Of a stretch of 64,000 nucleotides of DNA, positions 1 to 9,512 are shown piece after piece (positions within the stretch are counted from its first letter, which is position 1; each line of letters begins with the position of its first letter). The notes under the pieces were generated by a model. That model was not told the origin of the DNA. It ran no database searches and saw nothing but the letters and a program-made list of their open reading frames with translations. The position numbers and the translations under genes were made by a program. Source of the stretch: an uncultured virus (IMG/VR IMGVR_UViG_3300027806_000040) (lineage: Duplodnaviria > Heunggongvirae > Uroviricota > Caudoviricetes); the IMG/VR virus record IMGVR_UViG_3300027806_000040. One strand, written 5' to 3'.

Positions 1-2
1 TC

Positions 3-188
3 AAGCCGGACACCGTGACCAAGTTGCTCGAGGGGAACTATGACGACCGGGAAGCGAAGCAGAAAAGCAAGCCGGTCACCTTCGGCCAGCAGCGGCAGCA
101 GAACACGCTGGACCTGCTGGAGCGGCTGAAGGCTCAGGATGCGGCAGCGGCGGGTGTGGCAGGATTCATCGGGGAGGTGGGGAAATGA
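3..188 (+). CDS. C-terminal end of phage replication initiator (partial, phage A)
   Basis: Open frame from the window start reads KPDTVTKLLEGNYDD...; KxLEGxY is typical of phage O-like/replisome-organiser C-termini; a helicase-loader-like gene lies downstream. Confidence 0.55.
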   Translation, partial: KPDTVTKLLEGNYDDREAKQKSKPVTFGQQRQQNTLDLLERLKAQDAAAAGVAGFIGEVGK

Positions 189-1030
189 GAATCTTAAACC
201 TTGGGGCTGGCGTTCAGTCAACGACGCTTTTCCTGATGCTTATCGACGGCGATTTGTTGCCAGTTGACTACGCCATTTTTGCGGACACGGGCGACGAACC
301 GCAGGACGTTTACCGGCACCTTGAATTTTTGCGTGGGCTTGGCGGGCCGGAAATTGTTGTCTGCCGGGCAAGCGAAACTAGCCTCGGGGATAACTTGCGG
401 CACGGAATCAACAGCACTGGCCAGCGTCACATTTCAATCCCAACTTATCTGGCAGATGATGTTGGCAAGCCTGTGACGATGGGTCGTCGTCAATGCACCG
501 CCGAATATAAAGTTAAGCCAATCGAGCAGGCAATCAGGGGGCTGGCTGGACTTGAAAAGGGCCAGCGTAAACCGAAGGAGCTGGAAATCACGCAGCTGTT
601 CGGCCTGTCGTTTGATGAGCCTCGGCGAGTGGATAGGGTGAAGGCTCAATTTACCGGCCGAGCTGGATGGCGGGCCGAGTTCCCGCTGTTTGATGACTTT
701 ATGACCCGCACCGACTGCGTGGCGTGGCTGCGGAAGCGACTGCCGGGCTACACAGTGCCACGTTCGGCCTGCGTGTTCTGCCCATACCGAAGCGACGACG
801 AATGGCTGCGGCTTAAGGAAACGGACCCGCAAGGCTGGCAGCGGGCTCTAGAAATTGACGAGGCCATTAGAGGCGAAACGTCGAAATGCGTGCAAGGAAT
901 GAATTACACGCAATACGTGCACCGCAGTTGCCAGCCGCTGGCCTTGGTGCAGCTACAGGCCAAGCCAGCGGACGGGCAAATGAAGTTTCAGTTTTCGCAG
1001 ATGGACTGCGAAGGGATGTGTGGCAACTAA
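185..1030 (+). CDS. PAPS-reductase-like / PP-loop (adenine nucleotide alpha hydrolase) protein
   Basis: N-terminal LGAGVQST PP-loop, FADTGDE, RQCT..YK, RSACVFCPY, C-terminal CEGMC; GGGGAGG RBS. Confidence 0.8.
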   Translation: MRILNLGAGVQSTTLFLMLIDGDLLPVDYAIFADTGDEPQDVYRHLEFLRGLGGPEIVVCRASETSLGDNLRHGINSTGQRHISIPTYLADDVGKPVTMGRRQCTAEYKVKPIEQAIRGLAGLEKGQRKPKELEITQLFGLSFDEPRRVDRVKAQFTGRAGWRAEFPLFDDFMTRTDCVAWLRKRLPGYTVPRSACVFCPYRSDDEWLRLKETDPQGWQRALEIDEAIRGETSKCVQGMNYTQYVHRSCQPLALVQLQAKPADGQMKFQFSQMDCEGMCGN

Positions 1031-1042
1031 GGAGGCATCGAA

Positions 1043-1411
1043 ATGACAACCAAGCACGAACTGGGCCTGATGATGGCCGCACTGTTTTCGGCATTCGGTC
1101 GTGAGATGACCGAGCTTGACGTGCAGTCCTGGCATATGGTGCTGGGCGACTTGCCTCGTGACGAGGTGGCGGGTGCCATCTGGCAAGCGTGCCGGGCGTT
1201 TGACGCCATGCCTGCTGCGTCCAAGATTCGGCGGCTTGTGCTGGACCGGCGGGTATCGGCGGCCAAGAACATGACGACCACGACGCAGCACAGCCTGCGG
1301 ATTTCTGTGGCGGCCAAGGACTACCGCAGGGCGAACCCCGGCTGCACGGCGGACGACGTGGCGGAGTACGTGAGCAAGCTGGAACGAGGGCTGGCCAGTG
1401 TCAGAAGCTGA
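1043..1411 (+). CDS. Replicative helicase loader/inhibitor-like protein (G39P/lambda P N-terminal-like)
   Basis: W..VL.DLP..EV..A....CR....MP..S.IR pattern; AAGGAGG RBS; replication context. Confidence 0.55.
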   Translation: MTTKHELGLMMAALFSAFGREMTELDVQSWHMVLGDLPRDEVAGAIWQACRAFDAMPAASKIRRLVLDRRVSAAKNMTTTTQHSLRISVAAKDYRRANPGCTADDVAEYVSKLERGLASVRS

Positions 1412-1604
1412 ACTGGTCGCACTGTGGGAGGAGCGAGCCGCCATCATCGAAGAGGGGTGCCACAGCGACCCGTTCTGGCGTTACCAGTCGCCCCAGTGGC
1501 GAAAACACGAGGCTGAACGGCTTGCTTACTGGGATATCAAGCGGCTTTATGGTGTGGAACGCATGCCAAAACACTGCTTTCGTGCGAAGATCGCGGCTGT
1601 TTAG
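1398..1604 (+). CDS. Hypothetical protein (WEERAAI motif)
   Basis: Overlaps upstream stop; EERAAI motif is common in small phage proteins. Confidence 0.55.
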   Translation: MSEAELVALWEERAAIIEEGCHSDPFWRYQSPQWRKHEAERLAYWDIKRLYGVERMPKHCFRAKIAAV

Positions 1605-2022
1605 TGGAGATAAATCAGCCGTTAAGGTTTGAATTCGCGAGGTTTCTTGGGTCTTTCGCGTGTGTGTAGCGTGGTCAGCCGCTTAAAACGCGGTGTTTTT
1701 GCGTGTGGGCTACTGTTCGAGCATGCGGAAACACGGGGTTTTCGGCCTGTTTTCGGCCTATTTTCGACGTGTTTAGGGGCGTTTGGAGTGGAAATTGGTG
1801 CACCTTAACGCGGAGGAAACATCAAAAAACCGCGTGTTTTTGAGGGGTACAGGCCCCGGTTTTGGGTCCTTTTACGCCCTAAACCGGCCGATGGAGGGCC
1901 TTGCAATTGCTGATTTTTAGCACTTAGTCCGGGTAGGGGGCTGGTTTTCCCTTAATGGTTGTTTTGCTTGGTTTAGAGGGGTTTTGTTTTCCATTAGCGT
2001 GGTTTTGCAGGGAGCGACAGCG

Positions 2023-2418
2023 ATGGTGAAGGATTCGGCAGAAATTCAAAGTTTTGACCCGACGTTTGTGGCGAGGCTGGAAGTTGCCAGAGCGCGAGGC
2101 AATCTCGAAATGGCCCTGCAGCTGGTTCGGCAGCAGTTCGAAGGACAGCCGCCAGAGCCGGTGACGATTCACTCGCCGGTGTCGATGGTCTACGACACGC
2201 GGCTGGCGAACACGCTGGAGGCGATGGGCATCTACACGATGCTCGAACTCGGGCAGACCAGGGCCGAACTGCTTCTGGCCCATCCTCAGATCGGGCCGCG
2301 AATGATGGAACGGATTATCGAGGGCTTTGAGATTCACCTAGGCATGCGTCGGCGGCTGAAGTCGGCGGTTGCGGCCGAGCCACAGGCAGAAAGTCAGAAA
2401 GGCGAAACAAGCCGTTAA
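2023..2418 (+). CDS. RNA polymerase alpha-subunit C-terminal-domain-like (HhH) protein
   Basis: TRLANTLEAMGIYTMLELGQTRAELLLAHPQIGPRMMERI resembles the alphaCTD pattern R..N.L...GI.T..EL......LL.....G......I; GGGAG RBS before ATG 2023. Confidence 0.65.
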   Translation: MVKDSAEIQSFDPTFVARLEVARARGNLEMALQLVRQQFEGQPPEPVTIHSPVSMVYDTRLANTLEAMGIYTMLELGQTRAELLLAHPQIGPRMMERIIEGFEIHLGMRRRLKSAVAAEPQAESQKGETSR

Positions 2419-2516
2419 CGGCTTTGGTGAGATTGACCAACCCCCCAGTCGATTTGGCAAGATGCGGCCTCTCGAAATCGAGTGGTTGCAATTCACTAGC
2501 CTGTGAGGGTTCGAAG

Positions 2517-3047
2517 ATGAAGTCTGCCTCGGTCATGCTGACCTGTCTGCTGTTGTGTTTCGCTGCTCAGTGCAGCGTGGTGGCTCAAGAGCCTGTTTCT
2601 GTTTCGGTGCTGGAAGTTGCACCGGCTGTCGATGGTGACGGCGGCGAGGTAGACCGCGAGCGAGTGTTGGCGGTCAAGGTTGCTTTGCGGCAGCTGGCAG
2701 AGACCAAGCGTTTCCGACTGATTGAAGCGATGAAGCTCCGCCGGGCCGCGAATGATGACGCTGTTTGTGAATATCTGGCCCTGAAATATCAGCAGGAGTT
2801 CGACGAAATCGAGGCTCAGGCTGCAGCGGGCGACCAGTTTCTGAAATGGATTGAATGGGCGATTAAGAACCAAGATTCAATCATCAAGTTTGTGACGACG
2901 CTGATTGATTTGTTCAGCGGCAAGACTGCATTTGACAACCAGTTGTTGGTAGCCGGTCCAGTGTCTCGCGCGTGGCAGCTGCAGAAGGCGACCCGATATC
3001 GAGTGCGGAATTTCGAACAGCGGGTAGTTGCTCGCGTTCGAGGTTAA
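2517..3047 (+). CDS. Secreted/membrane protein with amphipathic C-terminal helix
   Basis: Signal peptide MKSASVMLTCLLLCFAAQCSVVA; helix FLKWIEWAIKNQDSIIKFVTTLIDLF. Confidence 0.65.
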   Translation: MKSASVMLTCLLLCFAAQCSVVAQEPVSVSVLEVAPAVDGDGGEVDRERVLAVKVALRQLAETKRFRLIEAMKLRRAANDDAVCEYLALKYQQEFDEIEAQAAAGDQFLKWIEWAIKNQDSIIKFVTTLIDLFSGKTAFDNQLLVAGPVSRAWQLQKATRYRVRNFEQRVVARVRG

Positions 3048-3113
3048 GCGTTCGCCTGGTTGCCGGTCGGTCTTTTCAATTCACAAACCCGCTCGCTAGT
3101 GGAGCCGCAAACA

Positions 3114-4232
3114 ATGCCCTCGAAACGATTCGTCTCTGTTGTTCTCAGCTTCGCCCTGGTTGTTCTGTTTTCAGCTTCGGCTGAGGCCCAGCTGTTCCGC
3201 AAGGGTTGGCGGGCTCCGGCCAATAACTGCCCCGATGGCAGTTGCCCGCCGATGGTGATCAATCCAGCTCCTCCGGTCGTTCCGGTGGTGCCTGTGGTGC
3301 CTGTTGAGACCGAAGGCGAGACCGCTGAATCGACTTGGTTCAAGGTTTTGAGGGTGCCGACCGGTCACAGCCTTACCAAGGCGGAAGAGACTGAGATTCG
3401 CAGCTGGGCCGGGCGGGCGGTTCGGATTCTCAACGGCAACTCGTGCGGCACTGGCAGCCTTTGCGGGCGCGACGATACAGGGATTTACATCCTGACCAAT
3501 GCTCACGTCGCGAGCTCGAAGATTGGAAACGTGGTTCAGTGCGAGGCACTCAAGGCCGATAAGAGCGGGACAGAGAAATTTTCGGCCCGAGTGATTGAAG
3601 CGGCCTACAGTTCGCGGACCTCGACCGACTGGGCCCTGCTCAAGGCTGACAACAAATTCATGAAAGGGCTGGAGCCGATCAAACTCTCGACTACTGACCC
3701 GGATTCGAGCGAGCTGACTGGAACTTGGGGCTGCCCGCGGTGCGAAGTCCCGAGCGGCCAACTGTGCAAGACGACCAGCCTGGGCAGCCTCTGGTACTGG
3801 CAACCCAACTCGATTGGCGGCCAGAGCGGCTCGGCAGTCGTTCAGGATGGCAAGCAAAAGGGCCTGCTGACTTGGACGATTAACGGCAACGGGGCTGGTC
3901 AAAAGACGGCAACGATTTGGAAGCAAAGCAAAGAAAAGAACACCGACGGCCCAGCTCGGGTGGATGGTTTAGAGTTCCCGAGTGCGACGGGTCAATGGTC
4001 TGGCGTGGAACTGATTGAAGGCTACCACTGCGAGACTTCGAGTTTGAGTGATTACCCGATTTGGGATGTCGGACCGCCTAGCGACGGTGGTGGAAATGGC
4101 GGCGGGGACGGGGGCGGAACTCAACCTCCACCGCCGGCAATGAGTGCAGCCGAAAAGGAACTGCGATCAAAGGTTGGCGACTGGGAGAAGTTTGTCCAGG
4201 CGGTGCTGAGTTTGTTCAAGCTCGTGAAGTAG
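3114..4232 (+). CDS. Secreted trypsin-like serine protease
   Basis: Signal peptide, Pro/Val-rich linker, catalytic triad motifs ILTNAHV, DWALL, GGQSGS; Gly/Pro linker and amphipathic C-terminus. Confidence 0.85.
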   Translation: MPSKRFVSVVLSFALVVLFSASAEAQLFRKGWRAPANNCPDGSCPPMVINPAPPVVPVVPVVPVETEGETAESTWFKVLRVPTGHSLTKAEETEIRSWAGRAVRILNGNSCGTGSLCGRDDTGIYILTNAHVASSKIGNVVQCEALKADKSGTEKFSARVIEAAYSSRTSTDWALLKADNKFMKGLEPIKLSTTDPDSSELTGTWGCPRCEVPSGQLCKTTSLGSLWYWQPNSIGGQSGSAVVQDGKQKGLLTWTINGNGAGQKTATIWKQSKEKNTDGPARVDGLEFPSATGQWSGVELIEGYHCETSSLSDYPIWDVGPPSDGGGNGGGDGGGTQPPPPAMSAAEKELRSKVGDWEKFVQAVLSLFKLVK

Positions 4233-4290
4233 TTGGCGGTTTGGTTCGGTCGGTTCCTTCCTGGTTGATTTGATTTTCAAAGGGTGAAGC

Positions 4291-4632
4291 ATGCCTCAAG
4301 TTCTCGGTGTTCAGCCGGTCAATGAGACGGTGACGATTGCCAACGGTGCCACTGCCAGCTCGACGATCGACTGCCGCAGACAGCAGCTGGTCGGGTTCTA
4401 CACCCCAGCGGCTTTGACTGGCACAACTTGGAGTTTGCAGTCCAGTCACGACGGCACCAACTTTTTCACCGCCTTGGATGAAGGCGAATCCTACAGCAAG
4501 ACGATGGCGGCGAGCCGGTATATTTCGGTTAAGCCGGGACTGACTGCAGGCATGCAATACGTGAAGATCGTGAGCGGAAGTGCTGAGGGGGACGAGCGTT
4601 CACTGGTGATTATTAAACGTCCAGTTGGCTAA
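4291..4632 (+). CDS. Small beta-rich virion-associated protein
   Basis: T/S/A-rich, LQSSHDGTNF motif common in phage structural proteins; precedes fibre genes. Confidence 0.55.
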   Translation: MPQVLGVQPVNETVTIANGATASSTIDCRRQQLVGFYTPAALTGTTWSLQSSHDGTNFFTALDEGESYSKTMAASRYISVKPGLTAGMQYVKIVSGSAEGDERSLVIIKRPVG

Positions 4633-4749
4633 AGGTGCCGCCATTCGTGCTTTTTGTGGCTTCACTTCAGCGAGGTGGTCTAAGTGTCAGTCACTGACGG
4701 CCCCGAATTCCCATCAGTCAATTGTGACACCAGAAACGGAGCGAAGTAG

Positions 4750-6834
4750 ATGGGCCTTTTGATGTTGATGGGTGGCGTATCTGACCCGAACCCGCAATCA
4801 CTATTTGTCAATAACGAACTGGGCCTCGCCATCGACATCGGGGACCGCAACGGAGCGAGTGAAGCCAAGCGGACTTGGCGGCGGAATCTGCTGACGTATT
4901 CAGACCAGTATTCCAACGCAATTTGGAGCAAGCCAAACGCCACGATAACGGCAAATACCACAGCTAACCCGTTAGATGGGCTCGTTACGGCAGACACCCT
5001 CGATGAAGGGGCTGCGACCGCCTATCACCAATGCCAACAAACCGTCACAACGACAGTTGGTGCAACTTATACGTTATCGGTTTACTTGAAATATACCGAC
5101 CGCCGATATGTAAACTTGTCCATCTATTCAAATGGCGGGCTTGGGCTTTACGCTGCCGCATCGTTTGACATTCAAAACGGTACTGTTTCTAACAGCGGTG
5201 TTTCTGGAGCTGGTTATGCCATCGTTGGAACGCCAACGATTAGCGACGCTGGTAACGGTTGGTATCGCTGCTCAATTACAGCCACAATCGGGTCAACGGC
5301 AGCAAATACAATCGCAATTGCTCCGAGCGATTTAGGCACTGTTTCAAGCTATGGGCTTAACTCATACGCCGGAACTAATAAAACATTTTTGTTTTTTGGT
5401 TCTCAGTTTGAAATCGGCTCGCTCTCCACCTACCAGCCCATCACCGACTTCAACACCGAGTTCAAAGCAGCCTACCCCAATCACTCACTCTACGTCGATT
5501 CAAATGGCGTGGCCCCTGCGGTTTACCCCGGCGACCAAGTTGGACTCGTAATTGATTCGAGCCGTGGCGGGCTGGAGAATCTTGGGGCGGAAAAATGGGT
5601 TCATGCCAGTGTTGATGTAAACTCAACTGAAAGCCAAATACTCGGAAACCAATCGTATAGGATTTATTCGTCTGCTGGTTCTAACTCAATGGTTCGAGTT
5701 CTAGGAGCAACAACCGTTGGGAAATGGTACAGGGTTGAGTTTACAATTAACTCAATTGCTGTTGCTGGGTCTGGTGTTCGTATTGCAGACACAGGGGCTA
5801 TTTTTACAACGACCGGGACAAAGGTTAGCTACTGGCTTGCGGACGCAACGCAAGCGTTTATCAAGCGAAATGTTGCTGCCTGCGACTACACAATCAGCAA
5901 TGTGTCGTTCAAGGAAATCCCCGGCATCCACCCCTACCAGACGACCAGCGGAAGTCGCCCGGCCTTGTGTCGTACTCCCGATGGTGGCAGGCGGAATCTG
6001 CTGACCGGCACCGATGCGATGGCAACGCAGTCGCTGACAGTGCTGGCGGTTCAGCACACGCTTAGTTTTCAGGGAACCGGAACTGTAACGCTCAGCGGTG
6101 CGTCAACATCCGGCCCACTTGTCGGCACTGGAGCGACAAACATTGTTTCGCTTACGTTTACGCCGACGGCCGGGTCGTTGACTTTGACCGTTACCGGAAC
6201 CGTTCAGCTTGCACAGCTGGAAACAGGTGCATCACGAACAGCCTACCAAAAAGTCGGCCTGACCTCTGACGTTACCGAATCCGGCAAGCGAGATTGCTGG
6301 GGGCTGCTCTTTGACGGCAGCGACGACAGTTTGCAGACGGCCAGCGTGGACTTTTCGGCCACCGACAAGATGACCGTGATGACGGGGGTGCGGAAGAATA
6401 CAAGTTCGGCAGGAATAGTTGTTGAGCTTGGGGCCAGCTTTAGCGCAAACACTGGCTCAGTCTACTTACTTGGAGGAAACGACCCCACTGATAGATGGTG
6501 GTCAGCTTCGCGTGGCACGCAGGTTTCCAATGCAGATCAGGTGGCAAGCGTAACTGTTGCCGCACCAGATACAGCGGTTATCTCGTCTGTCCATGATATA
6601 GCAGGCGACTCAACAACAATTCGACGCAATTCGGTCGCTGACACTACTGCAACTGGCGAAAAAGGTTCTGGCAACTTTAGAAACGACATTCTTTATATCG
6701 GCTCCCGTTCTGGCTCCCTCCGCTTCAACGGCCTCATCTACACGCTCATCGTGCGTGGAGCGACAACGCCGACCGGGACGATTGCGGACTTCGAGCGTAA
6801 CTTACTGGCTCGGCGCTGCGGGGTGACTTTCTAA
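4750..6834 (+). CDS. Fibre/head-spike protein with carbohydrate-binding-like and LamG-like modules
   Basis: Two RRNLLT modules, GNGWYRC, GSQFE/AQLE, C-terminal LLFDGSDD...LYIG LamG-like domain. Confidence 0.7.
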   Translation: MGLLMLMGGVSDPNPQSLFVNNELGLAIDIGDRNGASEAKRTWRRNLLTYSDQYSNAIWSKPNATITANTTANPLDGLVTADTLDEGAATAYHQCQQTVTTTVGATYTLSVYLKYTDRRYVNLSIYSNGGLGLYAAASFDIQNGTVSNSGVSGAGYAIVGTPTISDAGNGWYRCSITATIGSTAANTIAIAPSDLGTVSSYGLNSYAGTNKTFLFFGSQFEIGSLSTYQPITDFNTEFKAAYPNHSLYVDSNGVAPAVYPGDQVGLVIDSSRGGLENLGAEKWVHASVDVNSTESQILGNQSYRIYSSAGSNSMVRVLGATTVGKWYRVEFTINSIAVAGSGVRIADTGAIFTTTGTKVSYWLADATQAFIKRNVAACDYTISNVSFKEIPGIHPYQTTSGSRPALCRTPDGGRRNLLTGTDAMATQSLTVLAVQHTLSFQGTGTVTLSGASTSGPLVGTGATNIVSLTFTPTAGSLTLTVTGTVQLAQLETGASRTAYQKVGLTSDVTESGKRDCWGLLFDGSDDSLQTASVDFSATDKMTVMTGVRKNTSSAGIVVELGASFSANTGSVYLLGGNDPTDRWWSASRGTQVSNADQVASVTVAAPDTAVISSVHDIAGDSTTIRRNSVADTTATGEKGSGNFRNDILYIGSRSGSLRFNGLIYTLIVRGATTPTGTIADFERNLLARRCGVTF

Positions 6835-7202
6835 TGAGTGACACCCTCTGGACCTACAGCATCGTGATGATTGCACCAGCGGCAACCAAGGACGGGGCCA
6901 ACGTGATTGCGGAAGCGCTGGGCCACGGGGCGAACAACTTTTCAGCAACGCTCTCCACTGACGGCCAGTCAATCACGCACTACGGTTGCCGAACACAGGC
7001 ACAGCAGAGCTTCGTGGACTTGCTGGCCGGGATGGGACAAGGCGAGTTTCCGCCCATCGAGGGAGCCGACCCGCAAATCATCGGGGCGATTCTCGGAAGT
7101 TTGATTATCGACATTTCGGAGAACGAGGACGGGTTCAGCCATTTCAACCGGGTCATCGAGGCCAACGGGCTGACACGGTTTGAAGTGGAACCCATTCAGT
7201 AA
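6834..7202 (+). CDS. Hypothetical protein (possible fibre chaperone)
   Basis: Translationally coupled (TAATG) to the fibre gene. Confidence 0.6.
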   Translation: MSDTLWTYSIVMIAPAATKDGANVIAEALGHGANNFSATLSTDGQSITHYGCRTQAQQSFVDLLAGMGQGEFPPIEGADPQIIGAILGSLIIDISENEDGFSHFNRVIEANGLTRFEVEPIQ

Positions 7203-7232
7203 CAAACCACGATAGATGGAAAGGTTTAGGAC

Positions 7233-7610
7233 ATGCCATTTCTCAACGACCGGGTATTTGACAACGGCCTGACGGTGCTGGACACCGAAGGCAACCGGCT
7301 GGACATCTGCTCCAGCGAGCCGACGACGTACACGCAGGCCACCAGCACGCTGACCCTCGGCAATAAAACGCTCAGTGCTGGTGACGTTGGCGCACCTGCT
7401 GCCGGTTCGCCAAACGGTCGGCAGGTTACGGTTCAGGCCCTGACCAGCGGCAGCGTGACTGCCACCGGCACGGCGACCCACTACGCCATAACCGACACGG
7501 GCAACTCACGCCTGCTGGCGACTGGTGCTCTGTCTGCGTCGCAATCCGTGACCAACGGCAACACGTTTTCCACCAGTTCATTCACCATTCGCATCCCGCA
7601 GGCGAGCTAA
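7233..7610 (+). CDS. Phage structural protein (tail-fibre-associated family)
   Basis: DRVFDNGL...TGTATHYAI.D...LLATG.L pattern typical of phage structural proteins. Confidence 0.6.
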   Translation: MPFLNDRVFDNGLTVLDTEGNRLDICSSEPTTYTQATSTLTLGNKTLSAGDVGAPAAGSPNGRQVTVQALTSGSVTATGTATHYAITDTGNSRLLATGALSASQSVTNGNTFSTSSFTIRIPQAS

Positions 7611-7613
7611 CAC

Positions 7614-8063
7614 ATGGCAGACAATGTAGGCATCACACCGGGCAGCGGAGCAACCGCAGCGTCTGATGACATTGGCGGCGTCCAGTTCCAGAGAATTAAG
7701 CTGGTGCATGGCGCAGATGGGGTCAACGATGGCGACGTTTCGTCGGCCAATGGCCTGCCCGTAAAAGGTGTGGGCGAGTTGGTCGAAGCAATCGAAGCGA
7801 TGCGAATGGCGGTCCAATCGCTGGTGAGCACAATCGGGATGGCTTTGCCCAATGCTCAAGGATTTCCAATCATGGAAGTCCGGCAGGCAACGGCGGCAAA
7901 CATGAACGTAACCGCGACCGTTAGCGGAACCGTGACCTCCAACATCGGAACCGGCTCACTCGCCAATCAAACTCAGATGGGCGGGTTTGCCGCAAACGAC
8001 CAAATTCCGGCATTGATGCACTTGCAAGCCGACAGCCTTCGACGAAATATCACCGTTACCTAA
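7614..8063 (+). CDS. Structural/decoration protein; C-terminal part shared with 62234..62812
   Basis: MADN...DDIGGVQFQRIKL N-terminus; GELVEAIEAMRMAV... to the end near-identical to the second copy. Confidence 0.7.
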   Translation: MADNVGITPGSGATAASDDIGGVQFQRIKLVHGADGVNDGDVSSANGLPVKGVGELVEAIEAMRMAVQSLVSTIGMALPNAQGFPIMEVRQATAANMNVTATVSGTVTSNIGTGSLANQTQMGGFAANDQIPALMHLQADSLRRNITVT

Positions 8064-9251
8064 GAGGAAAACATGCCAACAACCAACGGCAATCGAAGAA
8101 TACTAGATTTGAAGCGGTGGGAGTCCTGCTCACTGTACCCGCTTTCTGCGACAGCGGCGGCGCATTTCATCGTGTCGAGCCGACACCACAGGCAACAGCA
8201 ATTGCTGGTTTCGTCTAACACTGTCGCTCACATGTATAACCCGAATGAAAATGCGTGGATTTCCTTGCCTTCGCCGGGTCTTGCGGGCACGTTTGGCGCT
8301 GGTGCTTGTGGAGTTGCTGGTTCGTTCTCGACCGGAACCACTGTGGCAGCGTCGAGCCTGACGGCGACCGCAGGAACCACGACCAGTATCACGACCAATC
8401 AAACGCTTGCCCGTGACCTTCGCGGCTACTCGGTTTACTTTGTCGGCGGAACCAATGCGGGCAAACTCAAGACGATTGCCTCAAACACAATCGGAACGAA
8501 TGCCATCATTACGTTTACCGATGCGGAGGCAGTCGCGTTTGACAACACTTCGCAATATCGTCTCAAGACTCCGGTGTTTTATGCGGTCGGTGCGGGAACG
8601 CTGGCTTCGGCCAGTTTCCGTAAATACTGTTTCGCAACAAACTCTTGGACAACACTGAGTCAGACCGGCCTACCGGCGACGATTGGAACTGACGGGAAGC
8701 TCGTTTCCACTCCAGCTTGGATTGATAGTGGCTTCAAGAGTTTTGCGACCGGGACGGCAACATCGGGCGCGGCGGCAACGCTTACCAATACTGGCAAGAA
8801 TTGGACGGTCAACCAGTGGACGAATTATCAGATTCGAATCACTGCCGGGACCGGGGCCGGGCAGATTCGAACGGTTGCGAGCAACACTTCGACCGTTATC
8901 ACGGTTTCAAGCAACTGGACGACCCAGCCAGACGCAACCTCGCAGTATAGCCTTGAAGGAAATGATGATTTCATCTACTTCATGGGCAATAATGCCGTCA
9001 CGCTCTATCGGTATTCAATCGCTGGCAACACTTGGTCAACGCTGACACCTGTTGCTGCGCGTGCCGCCGCGCCGGGTGCTGGAATGTCAGGACACTGGAT
9101 TCATTCAGTTTCGGCAAGCGATTGGACAAACGAAAACGCAATCCTGAACGGTCGCTACATCTACAGCTTCCAAGGCGGCAACACGACCAACCTGCATCGG
9201 TACGACATTGCCGGTAACACTTGGGCCACGATTACCTACGCACCTCCCGGC
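7773..9251 (+). repeat. Direct repeat copy 1 (partner 62522-64000, offset 54,749 bp)
   Basis: Direct comparison: apparently identical ~7970-8964, mostly synonymous differences at 7773-7970 and ~8965-9110. Confidence 0.95.
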
Positions 9252-9512
9252 GATGCCATGAGTACCGGGACAAAATGGGCGTACAACAAGGACCGGCTCT
9301 ACATGCAGCGTGACAACACTGGACGCTGGTTCTACTTTGACTTTGCTGAGCAGGCAATGCAGCCTTGGAGCACGATGCTTTACCCGCAGGGCTCGGGTAT
9401 CGTCGGTGACACGGCGTTCGACGTTACCTACAAGGATGGAGCGACGGAAATCGACTACATCTACATGGTATTGAACACATCCAACATCATGCTTCGCCAG
9501 ATGGTGATTTAA
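8073..9512 (+). CDS. Kelch-like beta-propeller structural protein
   Basis: Repeated YRYSIAGNTW / HRYDIAGNTW / KYCFATNSW blades with inserted T/G-rich beta domains; AGAGG RBS. Confidence 0.7.
   Translation: MPTTNGNRRILDLKRWESCSLYPLSATAAAHFIVSSRHHRQQQLLVSSNTVAHMYNPNENAWISLPSPGLAGTFGAGACGVAGSFSTGTTVAASSLTATAGTTTSITTNQTLARDLRGYSVYFVGGTNAGKLKTIASNTIGTNAIITFTDAEAVAFDNTSQYRLKTPVFYAVGAGTLASASFRKYCFATNSWTTLSQTGLPATIGTDGKLVSTPAWIDSGFKSFATGTATSGAAATLTNTGKNWTVNQWTNYQIRITAGTGAGQIRTVASNTSTVITVSSNWTTQPDATSQYSLEGNDDFIYFMGNNAVTLYRYSIAGNTWSTLTPVAARAAAPGAGMSGHWIHSVSASDWTNENAILNGRYIYSFQGGNTTNLHRYDIAGNTWATITYAPPGDAMSTGTKWAYNKDRLYMQRDNTGRWFYFDFAEQAMQPWSTMLYPQGSGIVGDTAFDVTYKDGATEIDYIYMVLNTSNIMLRQMVI

Noticed and set aside
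185..1030. Dnd phosphorothioation system (with DGQRR protein 54662 as DndB)
   Set aside because: The two genes belong to different phage segments and no DndA/D/E homologues were seen
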